The notes under the pieces: generated by a model
Seen by the model: only the letters and a program-made list of their open reading frames with translations
The model's database searches: none
Told to the model about the DNA's origin: nothing
Translations under genes and position numbers: made by a program
From: an uncultured Methanosarcinales archaeon
GTDB lineage: Archaea > Nanobdellota > Nanobdellia > Woesearchaeales > CAYVYK01
Direction: 5' to 3'
Length of the DNA stretch: 48,248 nucleotides
Assembly: GCA_964455675.1 (NCBI GenBank)
Contig: CAYVYK010000013.1
Coordinates: forward strand, 1 to 48,248
Shown: positions 36,136 to 43,484 of the stretch, piece after piece
Numbering within the stretch: the first letter of the stretch is position 1
Layout of the letters: each line of letters starts with the position of its first letter

Positions 36136-37070
36136 CGTATCAGGAATTGTATGTTCTTCTCCGTTGTGGTATGGCCATCGTTCACGCTAATGATAGTGTC
36201 ATACGTCCCGCGTATCTCGGGCGTGAAGCTGATCGCGCCTTGCCTGATGTCAAAGAGCGGCGTGGTATCAGCAAACGTAAGGGTATCCATCTCGTCGTCC
36301 GTCACGTTAAGAATAATGGTGATGGGTTCTCCGACTCTGCCTTCATAGACCGCGGGCAGGTTATTGATGCGGGGCGGCGTGTTGATGACCAGTTTTGCTG
36401 CAAAGACGAATGTGATGTCCTGCCCTTTGACATCGAGGATGATAGTGCTTGGGTCATACGCGACGGTTTGGACGGTAAAGTCGGTTGATTGGAGCAGAGC
36501 GAGGTCGAGGTATCCGGTGTTGATTGTCTTGACAAGTTCGTGCGACTCTATGAGCGCGGCTTTGATCGGCTTGTCCACTTTGATGTTGAATGCACTGATG
36601 CGATGTTCCAGATTGTCCTTTGCAAGCAGCGTTCCTTCTGCATAATATAGAGTGATGGTGTTCGCATCAAGCGTAATCCCTTCGATTGTTCCTCCCGTGA
36701 TCGTGTAGCCTCGGAAAGGTTCGCCTGTGCAGTTATCAAGGGCAATACGTGCGAGTTCTTCAAGGGTGTGCTCAAGTTCTTGCTCGCTTGGGAGCACATC
36801 GCGATCGAGGTATCCATAGTTGATATGCCCCTCTTCCGCTTGGATTGCGCTCGCCTCGATGTTTGGTTTTCCTGCCTGAAGAGCGAGCCTATCCACAAGG
36901 CTGCCATAGTGTTCGGCAACGCAGGAGCGGATATAGTCCTCATATGCGGCAGTATCGCTTGGAGTGATGTTTAGCGTGTCATTGTCGCTCGTGTACTTCC
37001 AGATGAGAAGTGATGCTCCAAGCGCGACGATGAGAATGATGATCACGAAGATTGCCATTTGTCCTTTCAT
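36132..37070 (-). CDS. Class III signal peptide (archaeal pilin-like) protein with a C-terminal Ig/cadherin-like domain
   Basis: MKG|QMAIFVIIILIVALGASLLIW start. The C-terminus NTPPRI...LNVTDDEMDTLTF...ISFTP...GTYDTIISVNDG is Ig/cadherin-like. ATGA overlaps at both ends. Confidence 0.75.
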   Translation of the reverse strand: MKGQMAIFVIIILIVALGASLLIWKYTSDNDTLNITPSDTAAYEDYIRSCVAEHYGSLVDRLALQAGKPNIEASAIQAEEGHINYGYLDRDVLPSEQELEHTLEELARIALDNCTGEPFRGYTITGGTIEGITLDANTITLYYAEGTLLAKDNLEHRISAFNIKVDKPIKAALIESHELVKTINTGYLDLALLQSTDFTVQTVAYDPSTIILDVKGQDITFVFAAKLVINTPPRINNLPAVYEGRVGEPITIILNVTDDEMDTLTFADTTPLFDIRQGAISFTPEIRGTYDTIISVNDGHTTTEKNIQFLIR

Positions 37071-37315
37071 GCGAGCACCTTCCGCAGTTCATGGGCTTTT
37101 GCGTTCCGCAGCTTGTACAGCTTGAGCTTGCCAACAGTATGGATCTCGATGATGTTCAGCTTGACAAGCACGGGAAGAATCCGAAATGTCGTCGTTGCTG
37201 GCACTTTTGCCGCCGCGCTCAGCGTATGGATGTGGAAGAGCTCATCAGGTTTGCCTAGAAAAACGTCGAGAATACGTACAAGCTTAGCGTCTACCAGTTC
37301 CCGGAATAAAGACAT
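37067..37315 (-). CDS. Small winged helix-turn-helix transcription regulator
   Basis: RILDVFL...FHIHTLSAAAKVPATTTFRILPVLVKLNII...VGKLKLYKL (HTH plus wing). First gene after a TATA box. Confidence 0.8.
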   Translation of the reverse strand: MSLFRELVDAKLVRILDVFLGKPDELFHIHTLSAAAKVPATTTFRILPVLVKLNIIEIHTVGKLKLYKLRNAKAHELRKVLA

Positions 37316-37339
37316 TGGTATGGTCTTGCGGTTTCTCCC

Positions 37340-37357
37340 TATTTAAATATTTCTTAT
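37340..37357 (-). promoter_or_regulatory. BRE plus TATA box of the wHTH/pilin-like/giant protein operon
   Basis: The minus strand reads ATAAGAAA-TATTTAAATA, ending 25 nt upstream of the ATG at 37315. Confidence 0.75.
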
Positions 37358-37358
37358 T

Positions 37359-37386
37359 TGGAATAGATATTCCATTTTTGGAATAT
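37359..37386. promoter_or_regulatory. Candidate operator with three TGGAATA/TATTCCA half-sites
   Basis: TGGAATA-GA-TATTCCA-TTTT-TGGAATAT lies immediately upstream of the BRE. Confidence 0.55.
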
Positions 37387-37590
37387 TACACCAGTTACAC
37401 TGCTCCAATTATGAAGTGCTCGAATTTAATGATAATAGCGGGGAATACTGTACACTTGCCGTTCGGATGGACTGATAGTTCCCCAGCCCCTTCTGGATTT
37501 GTTCGCGTGTCGGCAGTAAATCAGTGCATGGTTGTGCAGCTCAGAGCAGCAATTGCCCCGTCCACTGATTGTTGTGAAGAGCGGACGGGG

Positions 37591-37709
37591 CGTGCCGTCA
37601 GGCCGTAATACTAAGTGAGTATTAACCTCCTTTGGGTGGAACGTGCTGTCAGGTCGTAATAATAAGTGAGTGTGTTATGCTCTTTTGGGCGGGTCGTGCC
37701 GTCAAGCCG
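37591..37709. repeat. Degenerate intergenic tandem repeat, about 52-bp period, 2.3 copies
   Basis: CGTGCCGTCAGGCCGTAATACTAAGTGAGT (37591), CGTGCTGTCAGGTCGTAATAATAAGTGAGT (37642; 27/30 identical) and CGTGCCGTCAAGCCG (37695). Confidence 0.8.
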
Positions 37710-37747
37710 CCAAGAAATACTCGTTATGGAACAATAACACTGCGTGA

Positions 37748-37762
37748 CGAAAGTTTATTAAA
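37748..37762 (+). promoter_or_regulatory. BRE plus TATA box for tRNA-His
   Basis: CGAAAG-TTTATTAAA about 27-35 nt upstream of the tRNA. Confidence 0.7.
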
Positions 37763-37788
37763 GCCTCTATAGCCTTCCGTCCCCTAAT

Positions 37789-37862
37789 GGTGGCAGTGGT
37801 GTAACCTGGCAGCACAGAGGACTGTGGATCCTCCAGACCGGGTTCAAATCCCGGCTGCCACC
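37789..37862 (+). tRNA. tRNA-His (GTG)
   Basis: Acceptor stem GTGGCAG/CTGCCAC, anticodon arm GAGGA-CTGTGGA-TCCTC and T-arm CCGGG-TTCAAAT-CCCGG. G-1 and C73 are encoded. No CCA and no intron. Confidence 0.95.
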
Positions 37863-37928
37863 TGCTTTCTTTAAGTGATAGGACCATCTTATTAAACGAC
37901 AGGTAGCGCGTTTGGCTGGGGTGAGACT

Positions 37929-38285
37929 ATGAAATATGTGGATGGATATGTGCTGCCTGTGCCGAAGAATAAGGTGTCCGCGTATCGTCGCATGGCTCTT
38001 CAGGGAAAAAAGATCTGGCAAAAGCACGGCGCCTTGGAATACTATGAGTGCGTCGGTGACGATTTGGATTCGAAATGGGCAATGGTTAAGTTTCCCAAGG
38101 CATTGAAGGCAAAGCCGGGTGAGACGATTGTGTTCTCATTCATTGTGTTTCGCTCGCGTGCGCACCGTGATCGCGTCAATGCGAAAGTGATGAACGACCC
38201 AATGATGAAGCAATCCGCAGAATCCATGCCCTTTGACATGAAGCGTATGGCGTATGGGGGATTCAAGGTTATTGTGGGATCATAA
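37929..38285 (+). CDS. DUF1428 (YbaA-like) protein
   Basis: YVDGYVLPVP...AY..MA, HGALEYYECVGDD, ETIVFSFI, MPFDMKRMAYGGF. Confidence 0.9.
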   Translation: MKYVDGYVLPVPKNKVSAYRRMALQGKKIWQKHGALEYYECVGDDLDSKWAMVKFPKALKAKPGETIVFSFIVFRSRAHRDRVNAKVMNDPMMKQSAESMPFDMKRMAYGGFKVIVGS

Positions 38286-39395
38286 GACAAGGTCTTCCTT
38301 GTTACGCCAGTATCCTCGGTTGGCGATCATGATTCCAGGCTGCCTTGTGATTTCGCCGCACACTTTTGCCCTGATACCGTGCTTACTTGCGACGTCGCAC
38401 ACTGCATAGGGGTGTGGTGTGATGATGAGCATGCCGTTTCCCATATTCCATGTGTGGTACGCTTCTTCATCGCTGACGTTTCCAAGTTCTTGGCAGTGGA
38501 TCATGAGGTGGCATGGATCAAAGAGGTTGTGAAGACGAGCTCCATAGCCGCTCGCTTTGAGCGCCCGTCCAAGCTTTCCTGGGATTCCTCCGCCTGTAAT
38601 GTGCGCAACTCCATGGATATCTGCAGACGGATCCTTATCAAAGTATCCGAACATGTCCGCAATGGCCTTTGCGTAAATGCGTGATGGGTGCAGGGCAAGA
38701 TCCCCTAGCGTTTTGTCGTCGAGTGTCATCGCATGCCAAGTGTTCCCATACGTCTCCGTCATTACTCGCCGGACAAGGGATAGACCGTTTGATCGAAGTC
38801 CCTCTTCCTGCAGTGTGACGACGTAGTCACCGGGTTTGATGGCTAATCCGCTGATCATGCGTGATTTTCGGGCAAGCCATACAACGCCCGCTCCCCAGTT
38901 ATAGTTGAACGCTCCATAGCCGTTAATACGCGCACCGAGTTCCGCTACTTCTCCGTTCACGACGGCAACGTTTGCCTCGCGCGCAGCATTTACATACCCT
39001 GTCGCGAGCTGCCGGACGAGATCGATGTGTGATCCGTCATTCGTGCCAAGGCTCTTTACGTCGAGAATGGAGCCGATGATCACGGGCTCCGCTCCGCGAA
39101 CGACGGCATCGTCGCACACCATCGCAAACAAATCAAATGCCACCGTGTCGTGCTTGCCCTGCCGTTCGGCAAGTTCCACTTTCGTTCCGATGCCGTCAAA
39201 ATTGATGCTCATGTACGTATCGTCCGGTAGCCCCCCGACTTTGATGGCGCGCAGTCCCGAGAAGTCCGAGAAGACTTCCACGACTTCTCCAAGTTTTCCC
39301 GCCCGGTTCTGCCACGTGAGCTTTGCTGCGTTGTAGAGAATCTTTGACGCGTCGTCGCCAAGATCGATGTTGACTCCAGAATCGCGATAATCCAT
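38280..39395 (-). CDS. purM: Phosphoribosylformylglycinamidine cyclo-ligase (AIR synthase)
   Basis: YRDSGVNID, DGIGTK, DLFAMVCDD, GEVAE, GLRSNGLSLVR, AHITGGG and WNMGNGM motifs. TATATAA box at about 39419-39425. Confidence 0.92.
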   Translation of the reverse strand: MDYRDSGVNIDLGDDASKILYNAAKLTWQNRAGKLGEVVEVFSDFSGLRAIKVGGLPDDTYMSINFDGIGTKVELAERQGKHDTVAFDLFAMVCDDAVVRGAEPVIIGSILDVKSLGTNDGSHIDLVRQLATGYVNAAREANVAVVNGEVAELGARINGYGAFNYNWGAGVVWLARKSRMISGLAIKPGDYVVTLQEEGLRSNGLSLVRRVMTETYGNTWHAMTLDDKTLGDLALHPSRIYAKAIADMFGYFDKDPSADIHGVAHITGGGIPGKLGRALKASGYGARLHNLFDPCHLMIHCQELGNVSDEEAYHTWNMGNGMLIITPHPYAVCDVASKHGIRAKVCGEITRQPGIMIANRGYWRNKEDLVL

Positions 39396-39454
39396 AATGA
39401 TAGAAATGGATATTCCGGTTATATAGGTTGGCTGTCCCTGGGAGTTGACGAATT

Positions 39455-40369
39455 CTATGATCCCTCATTAGGAAATTGTCCTCGAGCGACAAGGGTGATA
39501 GAGGGTATATGAGCCGCGCATGTGAATGCATACGCTACAGCCTTGCCTACGGATGATGGGGGTGCAACACAAAAATGGTCTCGATGAATCCCTCCGTATT
39601 CATCAGATATCTCATGAATCGCTGTCTGGACAATTCTGCTGTCGTAAAGGCCAGTGTCGATAGCTCCGGGCCTGATATCTGTCACGAATATTTTTTCCTT
39701 CCACAAGGCGATCATGGCAGAATTGGTGTACCTGCTGAGTGCTGCTTTCGCTGCGCAGTGCGTGCATCCGCGTGAGTACCCACGTATGGCTGACATTGAG
39801 CTGATGATCGCGACTTTTGTCTCAGCCTGTTTTCTGAAGATAGGCAGAATCCCCTGCATGAGGAGGTGTGTGCCTCGAAGCACGGTTCCCGTTTCCTGCT
39901 CGAGTAGTTCGATTGGTATCTGATCCACCTGTAGGTAGGGGTTGTCGTCCTGTACTTTGTACGCGCCTGATCCTAGACCGATGGATTGAACCCAGGAAAG
40001 AGGCATATCCATCGGAAGTCCCTTGATAAACTTCGTGACGTCCCCTTCATCGAGTAAGTCAACTGCAGAATATTCAATGTTGTCTGGTAGGGCCAGTCCC
40101 CAGAATTTTTTCTTGAGAGTCTCGAGCTTTTCCTCAGAACGAGATACCATATGGACAGTTGCCCCGTGCCGCAGTAGGACTCCCGCAGTTGCCGCCCCGA
40201 TATTGAGCTTCATTTCCACTCCACCGACGTACAAAGGATCATGACTTGGCTCGCCGCTTGCATAATCACGGAATGTTTCCAACAATGGTTTGTAGCCGCA
40301 CCCTGTGATGAGTATCCGAACGCCATTCAAATCTCGCATTGGTACAATCTCTTCCAAACGTCTCAACAT
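39455..40369 (-). CDS. Atypical short-chain dehydrogenase/reductase
   Basis: ILITG...NIGAATA, VSRSEEKL, VDL, ISSMSA, HCAAKAAL (HxxxK) and IRPGAIDT. The start is uncertain (40375 GTG, 40369 ATG or later). Confidence 0.8.
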   Translation of the reverse strand: MLRRLEEIVPMRDLNGVRILITGCGYKPLLETFRDYASGEPSHDPLYVGGVEMKLNIGAATAGVLLRHGATVHMVSRSEEKLETLKKKFWGLALPDNIEYSAVDLLDEGDVTKFIKGLPMDMPLSWVQSIGLGSGAYKVQDDNPYLQVDQIPIELLEQETGTVLRGTHLLMQGILPIFRKQAETKVAIISSMSAIRGYSRGCTHCAAKAALSRYTNSAMIALWKEKIFVTDIRPGAIDTGLYDSRIVQTAIHEISDEYGGIHRDHFCVAPPSSVGKAVAYAFTCAAHIPSITLVARGQFPNEGS

Positions 40370-40413
40370 AACCACCGATTGATGGTAATGAGTAAAGTGA
40401 TTTCAAGTTTTAC

Positions 40414-40427
40414 CCGATAATTATCGG
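40414..40427. promoter_or_regulatory. Palindromic operator copy upstream of the SDR gene
   Basis: CCGATAATTATCGG is a perfect palindrome with the same consensus as 41093-41106. Confidence 0.65.
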
Positions 40428-41089
40428 TACTGCAAGAAGTGTTCGACGAGCTTGTTCTCCGCTTTACGAAGATTCTCTTGGAATGTGGAATATGATTTTT
40501 TGACGGATCGGGCCATCTGCGGTATGGTAAGGTCCCGTGGATAGTTGTAGTAACCGCTGCCATATGCAAGGATCAGCGCCTCGAGCTGCTTTTCAGTTAG
40601 GCTGGGCGCGATTTCGAGGCTCGCAATGCTTTTGGTTTTTTCTTGTTTGAGGGAGAATAGCTTTCCATGGTAATGCCTGATTGCCGCTTGGACGAGGTTG
40701 TTGAGCTCTTCCCGCTGTAATGATGCGATTTCCCAGTATTCCCAGCCATCATTCCGAAGGTGCACTGGTTTTACTCGAAGAAACTGGGGATTGTAAAAAA
40801 TCTTGATGCTCGCCTCAGCTTCCCTTGATTTTGGGTGTTTGGCATGGACGAGGAGGAAATCATGGTGTCGCTGGATACTTTCGACGCGTGCATCTTTTGC
40901 CACTTCAGCTGTGAATTTTTTCTTGTTCTCTTCCGATCCGGTCAGGATACCGCCCACGAGGAGATGAATGCTGTTTTTTTTCGAAAAGTGAGTGTAGGGA
41001 TAGGCAAAAAATTCCACGTTGAGTTTCTTGCATAGGGGAGTGTAGATGTCTTTGTCATCTTTCAGTTTGAACTTGGCGACCCAGAGCAT
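40421..41089 (-). CDS. Bacterio-opsin activator-type (HTH_10) transcription regulator
   Basis: C-terminal LTEKQLEALILAYGSGYYNYPRDLTIPQMA...STFQENLRKAENKL is the HTH_10 signature. Confidence 0.9.
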   Translation of the reverse strand: MLWVAKFKLKDDKDIYTPLCKKLNVEFFAYPYTHFSKKNSIHLLVGGILTGSEENKKKFTAEVAKDARVESIQRHHDFLLVHAKHPKSREAEASIKIFYNPQFLRVKPVHLRNDGWEYWEIASLQREELNNLVQAAIRHYHGKLFSLKQEKTKSIASLEIAPSLTEKQLEALILAYGSGYYNYPRDLTIPQMARSVKKSYSTFQENLRKAENKLVEHFLQYR

Positions 41090-41090
41090 G

Positions 41091-41108
41091 ACCCGATATA
41101 TATCGGGT
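41091..41108. promoter_or_regulatory. Perfect 18-bp palindromic operator between the TATA box and the start of the HTH_10 gene
   Basis: ACCCGATATATATCGGGT. The minus-strand TATA (TTAATATA) is at 41113-41120 and the ATG at 41089. Confidence 0.75.
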
Positions 41109-41142
41109 GTAGTATATTAAGATTTCTAATGTGCTGCATTCT

Positions 41143-41892
41143 TCAGGGGTTCATTCTCTCCCCCATCTTCCTGCACACATGATCCGCGAGCGGCTGCAGG
41201 TTCACAACGTCCTCAGTGTTATACTCGACGAGCAGTTCGAGATAGTACGGATCGCGGCTCGCGTGGAACATTCTCCAGAGTGTATACGCATCTCCTCCGT
41301 GCATTCCATCGACAATTTTCGGCCGCCGCAATCCGAGCGTGTGCTCGATCTGCTTGAGGCCTCCAAAAAGTCCGATCTGTTGGCACGCGAACCGAACGTC
41401 AAAGTGCGCGACACCCTCGCATGCTCCCGGAAAGAACTTCTCAAGCATGGGCACGTCAAAGCACGCGCCGTTGAATGTCACGAGCAGTTTGTGCTTCTTG
41501 ATCTCTTTGCGCAGCAAGTCCGGATCAAGGTTCATAGAATGGATCAGTGTCTTCGTATCCGTTCCATCGTACATTCCGACGATTGTGATGAACGTCCGTC
41601 CGTTGATGCCGCTCGTCTCGATATCAAGGAACAGCGCGTCATCCCGCAGCCATGGATAGAGGAGGTGCATGTCGCGCTGGGGGAATGTGCGCATGAAGTA
41701 ACCCACGTCCTCCTCACGTTTTGCGCATCTTGCCTCGCGTATCTTCCGATCATAGTAGGGCTTTCGCGCTGATGATATGCCAGGTACGTGCTTTGCGGAA
41801 AGGAATTGATCCCATGTCCCAACCGTTTGCTGAAGTTCCGCTTCCTTGCGCGCTCCGATTCCTGGGAGGAATCGGAAGTACTGTTCCATCAT
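41143..41892 (-). CDS. YprB-like RNase H-fold (DEDD) exonuclease with an N-terminal HhH motif
   Basis: LPGIG (HhH), FLDIETSG, LVTFNGACFDVP, HFD, GGLKQIE and YNTEDV. The start at 41892 gives an ATGA overlap with the upstream gene. Confidence 0.88.
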   Translation of the reverse strand: MMEQYFRFLPGIGARKEAELQQTVGTWDQFLSAKHVPGISSARKPYYDRKIREARCAKREEDVGYFMRTFPQRDMHLLYPWLRDDALFLDIETSGINGRTFITIVGMYDGTDTKTLIHSMNLDPDLLRKEIKKHKLLVTFNGACFDVPMLEKFFPGACEGVAHFDVRFACQQIGLFGGLKQIEHTLGLRRPKIVDGMHGGDAYTLWRMFHASRDPYYLELLVEYNTEDVVNLQPLADHVCRKMGERMNP

Positions 41893-42278
41893 GTGTGCGC
41901 AATGGTGTGCTGTTGGAGCATGATTTGTGCCGGTTTCCATGCGCGCGCGAGGAGATTGTCAAGCATCGTTGGGCTGTAGTGTACGTGGGGCTTCTTTGCT
42001 CTGCTATAGAATGTTCCGCGCTTTGAACCCACAACGATGAGTTGTTCGGGGAACAGTCGCGCCAGTTTTCGTACGGCGAGTTCCTCAAGAGGATGCCTGC
42101 TCGTGATCCGAGTATAAAGGAATCCTTGCGATGATGAATGCAGGCTCACCGCGGCTGTAACGCGCGAAAGCTCATAGAGTACTTCTCGCGCCAGCCTTTC
42201 GGCTTGCTCTGGCCTACGGTGTGGGGGTAGTGCGGCGTAGTCTTTGTGGCATTGGGCAATGATGTGGGGGTCTTCCAT
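41889..42278 (-). CDS. Hypothetical protein
   Basis: GAGGTGA Shine-Dalgarno just upstream of the ATG. Its stop is coupled to the nuclease start. Confidence 0.6.
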   Translation of the reverse strand: MEDPHIIAQCHKDYAALPPHRRPEQAERLAREVLYELSRVTAAVSLHSSSQGFLYTRITSRHPLEELAVRKLARLFPEQLIVVGSKRGTFYSRAKKPHVHYSPTMLDNLLARAWKPAQIMLQQHTIAHT

Positions 42279-42344
42279 CGTTTCACCTCAATCAGAATTC
42301 TACAAAGAAGTCTTATTATGGCTTACCCTAGCATCTGTCCAGTG

Positions 42345-42611
42345 CTATTCAATCATGACCACGTTCGTCGTCTTGAACCGGACACCTGCCTTTTTGAGGT
42401 CAGCTGTCCGTTCGATATCCCGCCGTGTTACCCGCAGGTATTCTTCGAATGACTTGACAGGCAGTTTGCGCAAAAGGAATGAAAATGTGTCTTTGTGCGT
42501 TCGAAACACAAGCGCCATATCTTTGTTTTTCTTGAGGCAGTTGTGGCATGCCATGTCCTTTCCTATCATTTCAAGCCATGTTTCTTGGTTTTTGCAGATG
42601 TCACAGCGCAT
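42345..42611 (-). CDS. Small zinc-finger-like hypothetical protein
   Basis: CDIC...CHNC pairs. Overlaps the end of the GTPase gene on the same strand (alternative start 42617). Confidence 0.6.
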   Translation of the reverse strand: MRCDICKNQETWLEMIGKDMACHNCLKKNKDMALVFRTHKDTFSFLLRKLPVKSFEEYLRVTRRDIERTADLKKAGVRFKTTNVVMIE

Positions 42612-43347
42612 AGTCATCCTCGAGAATGGGGATTTTTCCGATTTGCCAATCCTTGATCAGCATGCGGGCCATCCGTTCTGTGTCAGGCGTCCCGCCTTTT
42701 TTAAGCTTTTTGGTGTGTACAGTGATGCGTTCCAGGAACTCATCCGGATCTTCGGATGCATCGACACCGTAGTGTTTAGCGATGGATTTGCCATACCTGC
42801 CAAAGAGTCCGTACACGATTCCCTCCGCGTCCCGGGCTTTTTCGGGATTGATTGCGCCGACCATGCCGAGGAATACCTCGTCATTCGTCCCGTAGGGGAG
42901 AACGCCTGGCGTGTCAAGGAGCATGATGGTAGGGTGGATCCTTATGCGCTGGATTGATCGAGTATATCCGCTCTTCGACGACACGGGCGCTGACTTCCTG
43001 CCGCGGAGTGCGTTGATGACTGAGCTTTTTCCGGTGTTCGGGTACCCAACAACACCCACCTTGACGGGTGCGTCTTTGAGAAGCATCTTCTTGAGGATGG
43101 TCATGCCATGATGCTCGTGTGCACTCACAAAAACGCATGGCTGCATTGCCTTCTTCCACTCCTCAAGCCGCTTTTTGGGGACAAGATCTGCTTTGTTGAT
43201 GACGTAGATGAGCTTCTTCCCGTACGTGGATATCTTCCATTCCAGCTCTTCGTTTCGTGTTTCCTCAACGAATCGGGCATCAAGAATCATGAGGAGGACG
43301 TCTGCCTTCTCGATGACTTCCTTGACGAGCCTCCAGTAGTTGACCAT
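42601..43347 (-). CDS. Circularly permuted ribosome-biogenesis GTPase (RbgA/YlqF family)
   Basis: DAR, NKADL (G4) before GYPNTGKSS (G1), GYT (G2) and DTPG (G3). TTATATA box about 25 nt upstream of ATG 43347. Confidence 0.92.
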   Translation of the reverse strand: MVNYWRLVKEVIEKADVLLMILDARFVEETRNEELEWKISTYGKKLIYVINKADLVPKKRLEEWKKAMQPCVFVSAHEHHGMTILKKMLLKDAPVKVGVVGYPNTGKSSVINALRGRKSAPVSSKSGYTRSIQRIRIHPTIMLLDTPGVLPYGTNDEVFLGMVGAINPEKARDAEGIVYGLFGRYGKSIAKHYGVDASEDPDEFLERITVHTKKLKKGGTPDTERMARMLIKDWQIGKIPILEDDYAL

Positions 43348-43484
43348 GGGCAAGAATGGTTGCCCGCGCTATATAAGGTTTGGGTACGTGGATGATTGCC
43401 GTCAGAACATTTATAAAATACTGAGCACTCCAAATCATGTATTAGGTCACTCCTTACAAGTAGACAATTATGGGGGATAGGATA

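Noticed and set aside
2016..36488. Dozens of 60-230 aa ORFs antisense to, or out of frame within, the giant gene (e.g. 2069-2602, 28562-29260, 31604-32290, 32421-33089, 35309-36004)
   Set aside because: They are Ser/Arg-rich shadow frames with no motifs. The poly-Pro and poly-His tracts are just other readings of the poly-Gly codons.
37359..37386. Origin recognition box (ORB) interpretation of TTCCA...TGGAA
   Set aside because: The spacing differs from the ORB core, there is no G-string and no adjacent cdc6/orc1 gene. The position beside a BRE fits an operator better.
37315..37608. 97-aa plus-strand ORF in the intergenic region
   Set aside because: It runs over the operon promoter/operator, starts with a non-ATG codon and has no recognisable features.
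37591..37709. CRISPR array interpretation of the intergenic repeats
   Set aside because: Only 2-3 degenerate copies, the putative spacers are about 21-23 nt and resemble each other, and there are no cas genes in the window.
1921..37862. Giant operon as an element integrated at tRNA-His
   Set aside because: No integrase or transposase, no duplicated tRNA 3' end seen, and the operon lies on the 5' side of the tRNA.
41131..42957. Plus-strand ORFs 41131-41772 and 42244-42957
   Set aside because: They are antisense to well-supported nuclease and GTPase genes.
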